From Balanoglossus misakiensis (Eukaryota; Animalia; Hemichordata): 64,000 nucleotides of DNA. The DNA is taken from positions 6,445,186-6,509,185 of the forward strand of contig CM082589.2 in assembly GCA_040954595.2 (NCBI GenBank), given 5' to 3'. Under the pieces are notes generated by a model. The model saw only the letters and a program-made list of their open reading frames with translations, was not told the DNA's origin and made no database searches. Numbering within the stretch: the first letter of the stretch is position 1; every line of letters starts with the position of its first letter. Below, one piece after another: positions 12,043 to 32,011 of this stretch. The translations under genes and the position numbers were made by a program.

Positions 12043-15000
12043 CTACTGTGTTTGAGGTTCTGCTACGTTCTGTTGTTGTTGTGCGTCCTGCTCTGTTGCG
12101 CCTGCCACCTGCTGTTGTGTTGGTAATAGAACTTGCTGCGGCACCCCCTGTTGAATTTGGTAAATGGCCTGGAAAGTGCAGAGGAAACACTCAGAGTGAG
12201 CGGGTGATTGGAACATTCCCATGGGGGAGTTGATGCAACATTGACCAGCCCGAGCACCCACAGGGTTTTATCCACACCACCGGTTATCGTTGAGCTGTGG
12301 CACAGGATTTTTTAAGTTCGAATTTAAAATACCAGTAATTTCATTCACGCAAAAATACAGACACATACTCTCTCCTTCCCTTTCTCCCCCTCCATTAACC
12401 CCCCCCCCCTTTTCTATCTCTCTGAGGGACATGCTCCATCACTGCAGAATACTTTCAACAATGTCCAAAGCATCCCTCCCTCTCCCTTCCTCTGCCCCCC
12501 CCCCTCGCTCTCTCTCTCTCTGAGACAAAGTACTTCACAGTAGAACATCTTCAAGCAATGTCCCAAGCTTCTACCTGCCTTTTCTACTCTCTCATGATTC
12601 CTTTAATGGATATAGGAACTCATGACACATCATACCATGCTACCACACACAAGTCACCCACAAAACAAACACCACCTTCAACAAGAAGTCCTCCCTGACA
12701 AAAAATCAAATCACCGCCTAACCTGTCCAGGGGCCAGCTGTGAAATAAACTCTCCTTGCTGCGTTGTCTGCTGCTGCGCCGGTTGCGCTATCTGGACGGT
12801 CTGTACTTGACCTTGACCTCTCTGCTGCTGCTGTTGGATGTACTGAATCTGAGCCTGATTAAACTGCACCTTCAAGAAACCAGACGTGGACTGCAACTTC
12901 AAAAATCCTCAAACAGACACATAAAACACATCAGTATTTTTGTTACAGCTGCTGTTACCATCACTTAACCCTAGGTGTATGAACTCTGACCCCCTGGTGA
13001 CCTTTGACATTATTCAAACATTTTCTAGGGGGCTCCAGTCAAAGGATTAACCAGACAGAGCTCTCTCTGCTTATCTTACAGATAAAAGAAAGTGTGTCCA
13101 CACCACACACACCACATAACACTGGTGACAATTCTTGTTTATACAGAATACCATTATTGATCCTTTTTTTTAACTTTTAATAAAAACTACAGGAATAGGT
13201 AAAACAGAATATTCAACCCATACAATTCTTTTGATCCCCTCCCAACATGCACTGCATACTCACAGGAAGCTGCTGAACTTCGCCAGTGTTTGTGACAATC
13301 TGTTGCACTGTTTGTTGTCCTGTCTGAAGCTGTACCTGTTGTCCAGCTTGTGTTTGTATGAGCTGTGTGGTCGGCTGGGTGTCTGTGCCACTGCCCACAG
13401 TTGTACCCTGACCATGACAAAGGGGGGAAAATATAAGATGTCGAAAATGAATGATATCTTCCCAAGTATGTTTCTCTTCTTACACATTTCCTTAAAGCGA
13501 AGGGGTCGCTGCGCCGCGTTTGTTTGTTTATAAACATTACAATTCATCCACAAATCCCTGAAACGGTAGATCATTCTTAGAATGAACGAAGCAGCCAACC
13601 GTCGCATAGACTGGGCATGACAGCAACTGAAGATCCCAGTAGGTTGTGGCGACTGCAGTGGGGTTTGCGCTGGTATGGGAGGACATATTCTCATCAAGGG
13701 GGACACCCACCCATTCCCTTTAAAACGTCAGATTTTCACTCTATCCAGAATGCAGGTGTATCCTCTGGCAGAGTTTTCTACATCAGTGCACACAAAGTGA
13801 TCAAAAGTTCTCGGGGGACCCTATACTCAGGGTGCTCTGGCAACAAACGAACAAATACTGAAGTACTATTTGATAGTTACCACGGTGATGGGTGTAGGTT
13901 GTCCCTGTGTGACTTGTATCTGTTGAACACCTTGGATTTGCTGGCCCGGCTGCGCTTGAATGAACTGTATCTGACCTCCTTGTCCGAGGGTGATGATCTG
14001 CAAAAAGAGAGTGCCATATACAAACCATGGTAAACAAAACTATTGGACTGCATGGAGTCAGTGGGGGGAAATAGGCCACTCTCATGATGACCCCTATGTG
14101 ACCTTTACATCCTGGCATTTTGTTGGTAATGAGTTTACTACTTTGAGTTGAAGTTGGAACAGTCAACCATGGTATCGATTTTTTGCGTTCTACAACTTGT
14201 CCCAGAACAAAACAACTAAAGTCTGTCTGTTAAGAAAAGGTGAATGTTGTTTGTAATATAGAATGATGCATGATGTCATACCAAGAAAAGACCAGGATGT
14301 GAGGTCTCCTGGGGGTCATGTACATGTACATGTATGTGGCATTATGGCGGTCATGAGAAGAGGGATTTTTGAATGGTTAGTATGTGTATCAGGAAAGAGG
14401 TGTGAATGCTGTAGCTATAGGTGTGGTGTTGAACGGGCCACAATGCCATGTTCTTTAATACCTGGCCTGGCTGCCCTGTTATGATATGCCCCTGCACTGG
14501 CTGCACTGCCTGCTGCACTGCCTGCGTTGTGGTGGTCGTCGCTGGTGCCGCTGGTGCCTGTGTGGTGGTCTGCTGTTGCTGTTGTTGTTGCTGCTGCTGC
14601 TGCATTTGTCCCGCGTGGTGTTGGGCTAACTGGAAGTAGTACTGCACCTGGTCTGGCATCATGGCAGTCTGTCTGACCTGGTCGTCCTATTGGATAAGGA
14701 GAGATCGGAGGTAAAACTCTGAACAGTGGTCTCAATTCTATAATTTTAACATATATGTTTTTAGTACATAAATATTAATATGAATTTCAATGGATGATAA
14801 TATACTACACTGCCACAAAGCTTGCGATCAGGGAAAACTCACCTGTCTCTTTGGCGGTTTCAGTTCATCTCTCGGCACGATGTCAATCAGGAAGTCGAAC
14901 TGATCAAACTTAGTAATTGCCATGGCGATGTCATTTCTCTGCAAAATAAACATAGGTGGGTTATTTAGCGGATGGTACATGGCTACTTTACCATTTTATT

Positions 15001-15851
15001 GCAAAATCAACATTATCACTGATTACTTTTTTCACAGCATCCCTTGACAACAAGTCAATACTGCCAACTGATAGGTTTGAGGCAATTCCGTGCAATTACC
15101 TGCAGAGTCCTGCGTTTGTTGTCTTCAGTGTGGATCCAAGCCCTGAGCGACAGCTCACTGATGAAGATCTCTGCCGCTTTGGAGAACAGCACCGGAGCTT
15201 CTGCGCTGATCATCTGAAAGATATAAAGCAGCATTAGTGTTTTGTCTAGACAGGGCGCAATGAGGCGATTCCCCTACTGCTGACATCTTGGCAACCCCTA
15301 GCAATTTTGTCAAGGGGCGACCAGCATTGGAATTCACAACAGAACATCAGATGTAGCCCATTTAACATGACGATATGCTTTGATTGAGTCAACTGATTAA
15401 CCCTTTCACCCCCAGTTCCCTCTATAGAGGTCCACCTTATAGAGAAGACAATGGATTTGGACCAAACCATGGTGGTGAGAGGGTTAAAAGAGTCTGGTGA
15501 CATGATGAGGTCACGGTGGGCACACTGAATGCAGACTATACCTTGACATCTTCGTCCATTTTCATAATCTTCTTTATCCTTGCCAGGGGCAACTCTTGCT
15601 GCTTGAAATCATCCTATCAAATAACAATCCATCAAAATATGGTGAATTGTTTTCCTTGATCAAGTTAAAACTTTCGTGTACACATTATTTGGCTTCTGAA
15701 ATATATGAACTGTACTTCAGAGACTTACTGGTTTCATGATCCTGATTTCATCCATCTGTTTCTGCCAGAAGGTGGCCAGCTGTGCCTGTACTTCTTGACT
15801 GCTGGTGGCATCTGTTGTTGGGGCAGTACTTTGGAAACCTGTCTCAGACAT
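12043..15851 (-). CDS. NFYC: Nuclear transcription factor Y subunit gamma (NF-YC), ~387 aa
   Basis: Exons 15851-15729, 15613-15542, 15213-15100, 14938-14843, 14686-14462, 13997-13881, 13407-13264, 12869-12723, 12168-12043, all GT-AG and in phase. Histone fold [79 protein letters not shown], followed by a Q-rich activation domain. Confidence 0.97.
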
Positions 15852-16890
15852 TTTGATTGCCACGATCTACCAGTAGCTGTTATGAACAGATGAAATTATG
15901 CATTTCTAATGTACTCCCAATGAAAAGAAGGGATAAAAAAATTCTTGTAGCACCTTAAAAAGATCTTGCAAAATAGTCCTGTATAAATCAGTTTACTTGT
16001 TGTTTACTAGTACATGTATCATCTATTGTCTGTTGTTATGGTTACAATTTTTATTTCAACTGAAGGGTTTGTGTATAGATGTGTTTGTGCATTTTTTTAT
16101 TAGAAGTTAGACCTCCATGAAAAGTTGTTTATACTTGCGAAGTTATTGAATTTAAAGATTAAATCAAATCAAAACAAAAGATTTTATTCAAAAACATTAG
16201 GGGCAGTCTACTACTGACTACAATGTATATTGGTGCATGTACATAATATGTGCATGTACCTTTATTATGATGTAAATATCATCGCCACATCTGTCATTGC
16301 TGACAGATCGTGGTGTTCTGGGTAGGAAGAATCGTAACAAACTGACAGAAGCAAACGACGACGAAATGGTGACAACAGTAACGACGCAGAAATGAAAACA
16401 CAACAATATGCTACTACTTGGAGGTCCAATGTGCAGAGTGTACCCCATAAATCAGCGTGAATATGGCTTCGCTGGTACACAGAGCGAGTGCTGGCGGAAA
16501 CGGGCATATAGCGGCGAATAAACCCTGATTAGAGGGGCAACGTTGCCTTCGACATCATTTTCAAGTCCCAAAAGTTGAACTAGTACAATGTTTCATTCAG
16601 TTACAGTAGGAATTTGGCAACGGGGGCACATAGTGGACACCGTGAGTGGACGGAAAACGTACACGGACTTCGGATTAAATTTCCGTCTACATTCCTTTGT
16701 TGACCGTGCGGTGTTCGCAAAATGGCGTACCGCCGCGGTCCGATCTCGGCCGCGTTTCTTGCCGACTGAAACTGGGCACCGTCCGGTGTCGTCGGCGCAG
16801 AATTTCCACCGATTTCTGGGGTAGATCTCACGTGTTCTAGGTGGGCTGGAAAGGTTTTGAATTCAGTGACCTGGGATGCTCTTCAAGCTG

Positions 16891-16950
16891 GACCAATTAG
16901 AAAATGGCGTTGCCTGCGCCAATCAGACAACAACCCGCGCGACCAATGAG
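16891..16950. promoter_or_regulatory. Three CCAAT boxes plus YY1-like motif in the CpG-rich putative NF-YC promoter
   Basis: gaCCAATtag (16893), gCCAATcag (16919), gaCCAATgag (16943) and aaaatggcg (16901), upstream of a CpG-rich segment at ~16640-16850. Confidence 0.6.
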
Positions 16951-18222
16951 AACAAAGACACACAAATAGAGAAAATATAACAAATGCTTCGTCTGTCTCG
17001 CCAAGGTCTGGCGAAACTTGCACAAAACTGTTGAACTATCCACAACAACACTTAATAATAAATGAATACCGTGACCTACCCTCGAAATAGAAAAATTTCG
17101 GCAAATCTTCTTGTCAAAATGGCGGATTTCACGCTTGTCCCTTTCAGGATACAGTGTATAATTTTATAGGGGTGTAGCGTCCCTCAGATTAACAATGGCT
17201 ACCTTAAAACGAAGTTCTGTCGGATCATACAGCAAAACCTGGTAAAAACATACACAAAATGAGACAAAAAAGCATTATTTTTGTCAAAGACCTGACTACT
17301 GTTGCCCGGTTACATATTAGAAGATTGGGAGATTACGCTGTCCGCAAACCCATATACAAATGGTTTCGTCAGGACCTGGTCTCACTCTCCTCTCGTATAC
17401 ACTTCAAATCACGCGAGATTGCGACCAGCAGGATTTTTCGGTCAGTACATTTAAAGCGACAGACAAAAGTCCGTAACCCAATTTATTTTTTTATTTTGCT
17501 TAATTTATTCATCTTCAATTTAATGAACTTTTCACACGAATCCGGTCTTCTTTTAACAAGTTCAGTGGGTCCACCCGTGACATCAAAAACTCACTGCTGA
17601 AGGCAATGCGCTGCGGGTTTTTTTTGAGTGTAGGATAAACGCATATGGCCTCTTGTTTTCCTAAAGTAGAAGTACGCCTTAGCTTATCTTCATGAAAAGA
17701 CGAAGAGATACACACGCGAAAAAAACTTATGGGGAACGGGGGAGTTCGCAAGTCACAGTAGTCCATAGGTGCACTATCAACTGTCGAAAATTAAAATGCT
17801 AGAGGCCGGGACGCGATTACCTTCGTGACTTTTATATAGATGCGGCATGCACCCTCAAAATGTTCCATTGGCAGTTTGGGGGCGCTATACTACTTGTTTT
17901 CATAGGATGTCGACACCATGTCGACACATAGTGGACTTCACAATCACAATAAAAGTATTGACTTTCTTTGAACCCGGAAACCAAAAGAAAGGGAAGTGCG
18001 CAAGGCGTTCCCGTGTTGCCTTTTTGGTCTGTGTTCTGCTGATTTGAAGACCGTTTACGAGCTGGCGCAAAACTTGCTTGACACTATTTGCTGGTTTAGT
18101 CAGAAAACTTCAGCGGGTACTGCAGTACGTGGACCACTGCACTGCGTATTCTTAGTGATCAAAGTATAGAGAACAGTGGATAAACCCTGTAGTATAGGCC
18201 TAGTACATGTATTACCGAAACC

Positions 18223-23528
<5,306 letters not shown>

Positions 23529-24248
23529 AACTTCACACACTAAAGTGTACCATGCTATATAACTGCATTACAATTTAGCCACTGCCTATATTTACCGATA
23601 TTATTTGTGAAAGACTCACAGTTGCGCTACACAATTTGGATAAGATTAAAATTGTGACACTAGTGACGAATTGAGACTATATATATGAACAACAAACTAT
23701 GAAAAAACATCATGTCCTATCGGATATATTTTTTTTTAAATTTAAGTGCAAGTTTATCGAGTTACTTGATTTGTAAAATATCATACTTAACACAATACCA
23801 CGCTTTTGAAACGCTTTTTCACGAAATAATGAAAGATTCCATGTCCTTTGTTTTTTTCTGCAAAAGAAATAAACAACACGCAAGCCGATGTTATTTGCAT
23901 CAGATGATTTTATGTCATTATTTCAAGCAAGAATAGAGTGAACTGGTAACAGTACACATTTGTGAATTTGGGAAACGTTTTTAACTAGTTTATCGTGTTG
24001 CAGCAACGTAGTACGGTGCTACATGTTAAATAAACACACGGCATGCTGTACGGAGAACATTATACACATATTGACTGGCCATGCGGGCAACAGCATACGT
24101 CTGTACCCCGAGGGACTGTGAGTCACCCCCAAAACAGACGGTCGTTTTATATGGATCAGCACAAAAAGAACGCATAGCACGTGACTATCAATTGACGAAT
24201 GAGAACACATGCTGCGGGATGACGTGTGTTACAATTCCATATATGGCG

Positions 24249-25834
24249 TCAACCTAAGACGTCAACACGGACCGTCAGGTCAGTGGCAACAGTTTGTAAG
24301 CCAGTCGGGCAACAATCGTATTCTACGAATCTCACTTCTCGGGTAGCATTCACCACGGTCAAGCCCCTCGGTGTCTTGATGCTGGAGACGTCCAGGTGTA
24401 CCGCAGGTTCTCTACGGAAATACACTGGATAGCTCGACGTCAACACGTACACCATCGAACAGTGGTAGGCCGTGCCATCTTGGACGCAGGGGACTTCCAC
24501 AATAGTGTGCACAGGCGCAGTCGTTTCGCCACTCGAGTGCAGATGGACTTTCTGTCTTGCCTTGGTCGTGGAAGCAAATCGTTCAGTTCTGACAAGATAA
24601 GACGAATCAACGGAGATTAAAGGTGATTAGACATGTGCTAATAACGGAAATGCTGTTGAATACACGAAGGAAACGTAATGGTTATACTAGGGGGAAATCT
24701 GAAGAAGTAAACTGGTATTATTGTATTGTATTGTATTGTATTGTATTGCATTGCATTGCATTGCATTGCATTGCATTGTATTGTATCGTATCGCATCGTA
24801 TCGTATCGTATCGTATCGTATCGTACTGTACTGTACTGTATTGTATTGTTATATCAAGAATACTTACCCATACTCAAGATCTATCAGTTCATATGGTGAC
24901 CATACGTGCTTGTTCTCCACCTCAATGAAACTAACATCACCGACATCATCAGGGCTCCAGGCCAATTGTTCATCCAACCACGACTGGGAAAATACGCAAA
25001 TATTTTAGTGATACTCAATGATTATGTTAATCAGTGCTATGATGTACACGTAATATGAACACTGTCAGAATTCGAAATATTTGCTACATTGGTTGGTTTC
25101 CCATTTTTTAAAACGAAGACGTGACAGCAAAAACCGTGTTTTTTTTCGTAATTGCAAATGGCCATTATTGAACTTACGACTTCCTTCCATAGTTCCATCT
25201 CAAGAATTCCTCGTATTCTGTCCTGGGGAGTAAAATATTACCACGGGAAATATAATAAATTTGTAGACATATGTGTTGGTTATTCAGAAGAAGTGTCTCT
25301 CTGTCTGTGTTTCTCTGTCTGCCCGTGTCTCTCCTCCTGCCTCTGTCTGTCTGTCTGTCTCTCGCTAAGAAGAAGTTCTAACTCCTTACCAGACCGATAA
25401 TTCTAATCGGCAATGGAGTCAAAGACACTTCATTTCTGCCGACCAGAATGAAGGTGGGATCATAATTCATGATCAGTCCGTCTATAAAGTCTAGTAGGGG
25501 GCTACCATCCGCACATGTCAGTTTTCCTAAAATCACAATTGAAAAAAACGTTGCAAATAAGTGACCTAACGATGTAACAAGAAGCACTTCTAACAGTGAA
25601 CTGAAATACCTCATGGACTGAGTTTCTAATGTTACACACAAACGTACATGACGCACTTTTTGCAAGTTTGAGAAGGTTAGACACACGTAAAATTATTATT
25701 TGTATCATTATCAGCGTTGTTTGAATACAAAGGTACGTCACTAAGTAAATTTAGGGGAAAAAACAGTTCGAAATTTCGCTCTTACCAGCCACAAAAACGG
25801 CGACCACCAGACAAAGACGCACTGCGACCCTCAT
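24249..25834 (-). CDS. Secreted AChBP-like protein A (nicotinic receptor ligand-binding domain only), ~228 aa
   Basis: Exons 25834-25786 (signal MRVAVRLCLVVAVFVA), 25526-25390, 25222-25178 (DRIRGILEMELWKEV), 24983-24868 (SWLDEQLAWSP...VWSPY), 24588-24249 (Cys-loop CVQDGTAYHC, loop C YDCCP, stop). No TM segments. Confidence 0.85.
24716..24848. repeat. Pentanucleotide microsatellite (TATTG/CATTG/TATCG)n
   Basis: Directly visible; intronic. Confidence 0.95.
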
Positions 25835-27241
25835 AATGGCCTTTACTGTTCCAAAGATAGTTGGACAGAAATTGTGAAAATAACAGAGTGACAAAACAAC
25901 TTATATAACAAGGCAAACATGTCCTGACTGGGTATTACATCAGAAATATAAAACTGCGAAGTTATTATTTAAATTGGGACTTCAATCTCCGGCATTACGA
26001 TTTCCATCTAAATTATGTCGAAAACTGAAGAAACACCAGGAAAAAACGATGCTGTATTTAATTAAATTGAATAACGTGACAGAAGAATTCTATATTTATT
26101 TCTATTATCAGAATTATGAAACTATTAAGGCTGACGATTGGAAACTATCAAGTCATTATTAAAAATGGAGTTCCAATGATTACCACCGGGAATTATATTC
26201 AGTATCATTTATTGTAAGGTTGCCTTTGTAATATAATAAATAATTGTATAAAGTGATATATAATACGTCTTATTATCATTTCCAGGTGCCAGGTATGTTA
26301 GCAGAATGTTTGCTCTTGCTTGTCTGAACTTATAAAAATGTAATTTGGTCTCTAGGGAAAGGCTGTTACGCCATTTTTTGGTAAAATGTGAAGTGGCGTA
26401 GAGATAAACACGTACCCACGCATGCGTAGTCGTTGAGACCCCAGAAAGGTCGCTAGGGAGGTCACACTTTACCCCAGCCAGTTCACCCAACACGCATGGA
26501 AAGATAACTGGGTACGTAGACGCAATTGTTTGGGGGAATATACTGGATTAATACGACAGCTGTGACGTCACAGAGCTATCATGGATACATGAGTGTTCTG
26601 TGGTGCATAAACTGGTAAAATGAAAGTTCTAACACTATCCCCAAATTTCTGGTCTGCGTGTTTCTCGGTGACCTAGATAAACCTGAGATATAAACACCTC
26701 TGCAGAAATTGTCACGTGTAGCGAAGAGGAATATACGATTGTGAACAATTTCACCTGAACAAATGCACGCTTCTGCAGTGCGGACAAAGATTGTGTGGTC
26801 CCAACAAACATCGACTATGAATAGACAAATCATATGTTTAGGCTATTGACAACATAAAATGTACGGTCATATTTCTCTAAGTGGGCCATATAGCCTCTGT
26901 TTCCAAAGGGCAGTTGATCTGTTACCATGGGTACACAAGAGTCTTCAAACGATGTACTCTGCCAATAATGCGCCAGGCAGACTATTTATTAGATTAAGTG
27001 ACATGGGTGAGAAGTCCACTCAGGTCTGTCAGTCTTTTTCAGCAAACTGCGTCCTCAATCGAGACAAGGATGTTTTCGTGTTTCGTCAACTTCGCCAGGT
27101 TCACAACACGCATGAAATAAATCATCTGCGACGATAACCTTTCGACCCACGGGCCGCACTGGTCACAGAAATGTCGCGCATGTGCAGTTCAGACGACCAT
27201 CGCTCCCCTACTTTAACTACATCATTTATTTTCAGAACAAA

Positions 27242-28779
27242 ATGGCTGACCACGCGAAGGGTCTGAAGTTGGTGCACCACCACCACGAGTATTTTGACAG
27301 ATATAAGACGGCAATGAAGTATGCCGTCGACCTCGATGATCAGCAGCAGACGAGCAGAATACACACGTTCGGCAACTTCAGGACAGATTCCGAGCTGTGG
27401 GTGCTAGCTATTGGGACGGGAAATGGTAGGATTACTTACACGGATTCAAGACAAGACAAGACAACACAACACAACACAACACAATACCCCCCTCTCTCCA
27501 CATGCATAGGCATATATTTAAATTACTTTCAATTTCCGCTTACCAACACAATATATACATTTAAAACATGACATTTTCTTCTCCACCATGAACAGGAATT
27601 AAAGACAATGTAATTCTCGATGCCTTGACGCATCACAACAACCGCATCAATTACGTCGTTGTTGATCCTTCCGAATTTGCGCTTCAAGAGTTCAAGCACA
27701 CCTCAGCGTCGAAGCAAGATGGCGGCAGATGGAATGACGTCAGCTTCGTGTTCCAACAGACGACAATAGAGGAATACCTTGAGAGGGCAAAGAGTGGAAA
27801 GGAACGGCACCAATTCGACATAATTCACGCTCAACACTGTGCTTACTACTTCGATGACCCGGGAGGCGTCGTTTCAGATCTGGCGAAATGCCTAAACGCA
27901 GGAGGAGTGCTTTTAATCGCCGCGTGTTTCGGTGAGTACAGTCACACCTTCAACGCTGCTCGCACAGCACATAGCCTAACACGTGATAATTTTGGCTTCA
28001 CGGATTGGTGGGGAACTGAAGATGCAGCAGATGATTTTTTCCGCTCCTGGCGAGATCTCGCGATACTTGGCCAAGTTTTGCTTGTCTTGCGTCCTGTGAG
28101 AATGTCTTCCCGTGTAAGTTACATTGCCACGCGAAATCTCGCATGATCTCGTTGAGTTTGGGAAATGATCTATTGTACAAACAATGTCCATAAGAACCGA
28201 TTTTATTTTGAAGTACACCAAAGATGAATTGGACCATATTAAATTGCCTTGTCATTTGTCTATTATATTGGAAAAAATCTCTTCGTATAATACATTTACA
28301 TTACTGTTTTTTTGCTCCCCGGAATATCCAATGCAAAGTTGCGCTAATTGACAGTGTAAATGTTGAACAGTAAAAACCTGAAATTGATTTCGGAATTGCA
28401 CCCATTCTTAAATTCTTCACAATCAGGCGCTTGGGAGAGGGCAGCGGAGGAAATGATGAAGTATTTCACCGAACCCACAATGAGTTGTAACGGATCAACG
28501 GCTCTGAGAGAAACACTGCGACGCCAGCTGCCGGGCTTGAAGTTCAGCGCCGTTTCGAGAAAATTCGCCATCAAGGCGGACGAATGCTTCAAAGAAGAAT
28601 CTAAGGAAGGGAACCACATTCTAGACTTCATCCTCCAGACTCTCGACGTCAGAAAGCGCACCCCGAAAGAGGATTTTGATAAAATCGTGTCGTTTCTACG
28701 GGAGCAGTGTTGTTACACGCGCGATGGCGAGACATATTTTGACGGCGACGAGGAAGACATCTTAATTAGCCAAGAGTAG
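27242..28779 (+). CDS. HNMT: Histamine N-methyltransferase-like SAM-dependent methyltransferase, ~290 aa
   Basis: Exons 27242-27425, 27596-27931, 28427-28779. Motifs VLAIGTGNG..D (SAM motif I), YVVVDPS, FQQTTIEEY, FDIIHAQHCAYYFDDP, L..GGVLLI and ECFKEESKEGNHILDFI match the HNMT family. Substrate is not established. Confidence 0.85.
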
Positions 28780-29227
28780 TACATAAACCTTACATCCTTA
28801 CATCTGTTACGTACTTTTTTCTTTCTTATTGGGTATTTATGTAGAACAATTGCTGTAGAAATTTCGCATACCCATGCATTGGTATGCGTTCAAATCAAAT
28901 GGGGATTATAATAATGGAATAATGGAATATATCTCCAAAGTGTACTTTTGCCCCCCCCCCCCAATCCAACTCCACACTCCATCCGATCAGCGTACTCACG
29001 ATATTATTTAGAAAACGTTACAGTTACACCAAAAAGGAATTTTGTTTAGGTTTTAATCGGTCACGAAAGACGTAAGCGAGGACAAATCTGTTTATAATGG
29101 CATTTTATAGAGGCAAAACTAAATAGAAATCCAGAATGTATCTTTATAAAGTGAAAATGGCGATATGGTGTATTACATAATGACCATACGCTTGCTATGT
29201 GAGATGTTGTCAAGTATGAACTTGACG

Positions 29228-31168
29228 TCAATTCTCGGGAACAACCAAAAAATCGGTGTTAACGCTGTACACAACCTCCGGACAACAAGCGTATTTCTCG
29301 ACTATTAATTGAGTATCAACGCTTTCCAGGTTCAAACCGCTCGGTGTTCTGGTGTTGTACACTTCAGTCTGCAGAGGCGGGGAGTCGGTGAAGTACACAG
29401 AATCGTGTGGGTACAAGCCGTAGGTCATCGAGCAGCGGTAGCCCGTCACGTTGTCGCCCTTGTGATCCGTAAACTCATCCTTGTAGCAAGGTACCTCCAC
29501 AATCACGTGGATGAACACCGTCACGTTGCCGCTCGCTTTGACGCGCGCCAGCAGTTCGGATTTGGTGTTGGAAGCGAATGTTTCAGTTCTGCGAGAAAGA
29601 AAAGGGATGGAGGTATATAAGGTGTGGTCAGTGGAAGAAGAGTACACAACAACGTATTACATGTACATGATTAAGGCATCCTTGACACGAACAATTATTA
29701 TTTTGAACGTTCCTCGATTGTTACATTCATTCAGCGGCGCGGCGCTACGTTGATCGTGTGATCGAGAACGTACATAAGGCTAAAACTGGCTATTAAATTA
29801 TTCTGACGTACCAGCCGACAGACAGGCAGGCAGACAAGCAGGCTGGGTCGACAGACAGACATGCAGACAGACAGACGGGCGGACGGAAGGGAGGAGGGAC
29901 GGGCAGACAGACAGACAGACGGACGGACAGACAGACAGACAGACAGAACAAGACTTAATAGACGTAGGGGTAAACATTTCAACAGTTGTTGCTTAGTGTC
30001 AAGCGCTCACCCGAGACTTAAGTCTATGAGCTGAAGAGGTGACCATATGAAATCCGCTGGAAGTATTAGTTCCTCAGTAACGCTAGGGTCCCATACCAAC
30101 CGGCGGTCTGTCCAAGACTGTGGAAAAGCATTGAAAAGAAAGTGTGATCGTCACATCAATCAGAATTGGTACATTTTTTTCCTGACGAGTTAAAACTTTT
30201 TACAGAACAAATATTTAGGTTTTCTGTAATAATTTAAACATCTATCTTTAATTCAGATTTCATTCATTATACGATGAAGAGACCAATGGCAAGATCCAGT
30301 TCAACGAACGAATATACAATACAAGTTGGCCAATTTTAGACGGAGACGAGGGCTATACTTCAAATTGCTCAAAATGAAAATGTTTAACTTACGATAACTT
30401 TCCATACTTCCAACTTCAGATATTCCGATGTTTTGTCCTAACAAAGATAGCGTTCAACATCGTAAAATGTAAATATGTCAACGATATCAGTACAGCGTAC
30501 CAATTGCGAATCTTGCAGGCGGTATATGATCACTATAAAAGTGGGGTAATTTGAAAATGTCGCTCCTGAAGAACCACTCCGTTTACTTATTTCGAAAATA
30601 CATATGGCATGGAAAGGCATGGAAACTGCACACGTACCAAAGAATACTTTTTTAATTTTTAACCACAGTTATTACATGTAATTGGATACACGCGATATGA
30701 GTTACCCAGCTGTCCCTACTCGCAGTGAGTGTACGTTGCCCAGTCGGTCCCAGCAAATGTGATCTCCACAAGCATCTACACCTCGGCATATACATATGCA
30801 TTGTAGGTGAACCCCTCCCCCCCCCCCCCACACACACACACACCACCACATTAGAAGAAGTGACTAAAAAAAGTAGTCCCTCACCAGACTGATGATCCTG
30901 TCGGGTTGTGGAGAAAACCTCACTGCCGTTCTCTCAATGAATCGGGAATCATAATGGGAGAGCAGATTGTTTAAAAAGTCCCCTTCGTAGACATTGGCCA
31001 GTACCACTCTCCCTAAATAACCACGTACAAAATCATTGGAAATACAAAATATTGAAGAAACTTACTGTCTCTTTGCACTGTAAATGTAAAAGTTAAAGGA
31101 AAGTGTGTAAACCACTCACCCTGCAGAAACGCAGCCACAAGAAGAACAAGGCTTAGAGGAATCCTCAT
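29228..31168 (-). CDS. Secreted AChBP-like protein B, ~229 aa
   Basis: Exons 31168-31120 (MRIPLSLVLLVAAFLQ), 31012-30885, 30437-30393 (DKTSEYLKLEVWKVI), 30117-30011 (SWTDRRLVWDP...IWSPL), 29588-29228 (C-x17-C, YACCPEVVY, stop). No TM. Confidence 0.85.
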
Positions 31169-32011
31169 GCTAGCCATTGATCGCCAACTCTGCATGTGTT
31201 ATCGTATACCAATAGTCTCTTTATATTAATATGGAAAGGTGAAGCACGATTGGGTAATTAGTCATTTTCGGTGTCGTTATGGGCAGGAAATTGGGATTCT
31301 AGATTGTATTTAAATGCTATTGGATTTGGCATTTATTTCGACTCATTTACTTTGTTTTACGTTTCATGTTTGTCCTAAAATAGCCGGAAATTGCCGACAT
31401 TATCAGTTGCATGTGGCCCCGGTCGCCGGTGATAACAGGAAACTGATACATAGTCCCAATACCATGATGGTCACTGAATCAATTAATAAATGAGGGAGTC
31501 TACTCAACATTGAAAAAAAATGAAGAATATACCTGTATGGTACATCTGAACAAAGAGGTGCCCCGGCTTCAAAATGTAAACATGTAACACAATGGCAGGG
31601 TGTTGAATGCGCACGTGTCAAATAAAAGCATTAAATTGGCGCGGTTCTTCAGATTTTTACGTACTTGCTCGGCTAATTTTTCACACTCCCGCTTTGACTC
31701 GGACACAAGCGAATATATATCCAAATTGTACTTTTGCCACCCCCCCCCCACCTAATCCAACTCCACGCTCCATCCGATCAGCGTACTCACGATATTATTT
31801 AGACTACGTTACAACAAAAAGGAATTTTTGTTTAGTTTTTAATCGGTCACTAAAGACGTAAGCGATGACAAATCAGTTTATAATGGCTGATAGGGGAGAA
31901 ACTATGAGAAATCAAGAGTGTATCTTGATAAATTTATAAAGTGAAATTGACGGTATGGCGTACTACATAATGGCCATACGCTCGCTATGTGAGATTTCAA
32001 CTCGACGTCTC

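Noticed and set aside
12169-12294. Alternative upstream acceptor for the last NF-YC exon at 12294
   Set aside because: It gives a stop after 8 codons, whereas the 12168 acceptor yields the conserved YQIQQ tail. No evidence for use without RNA data.
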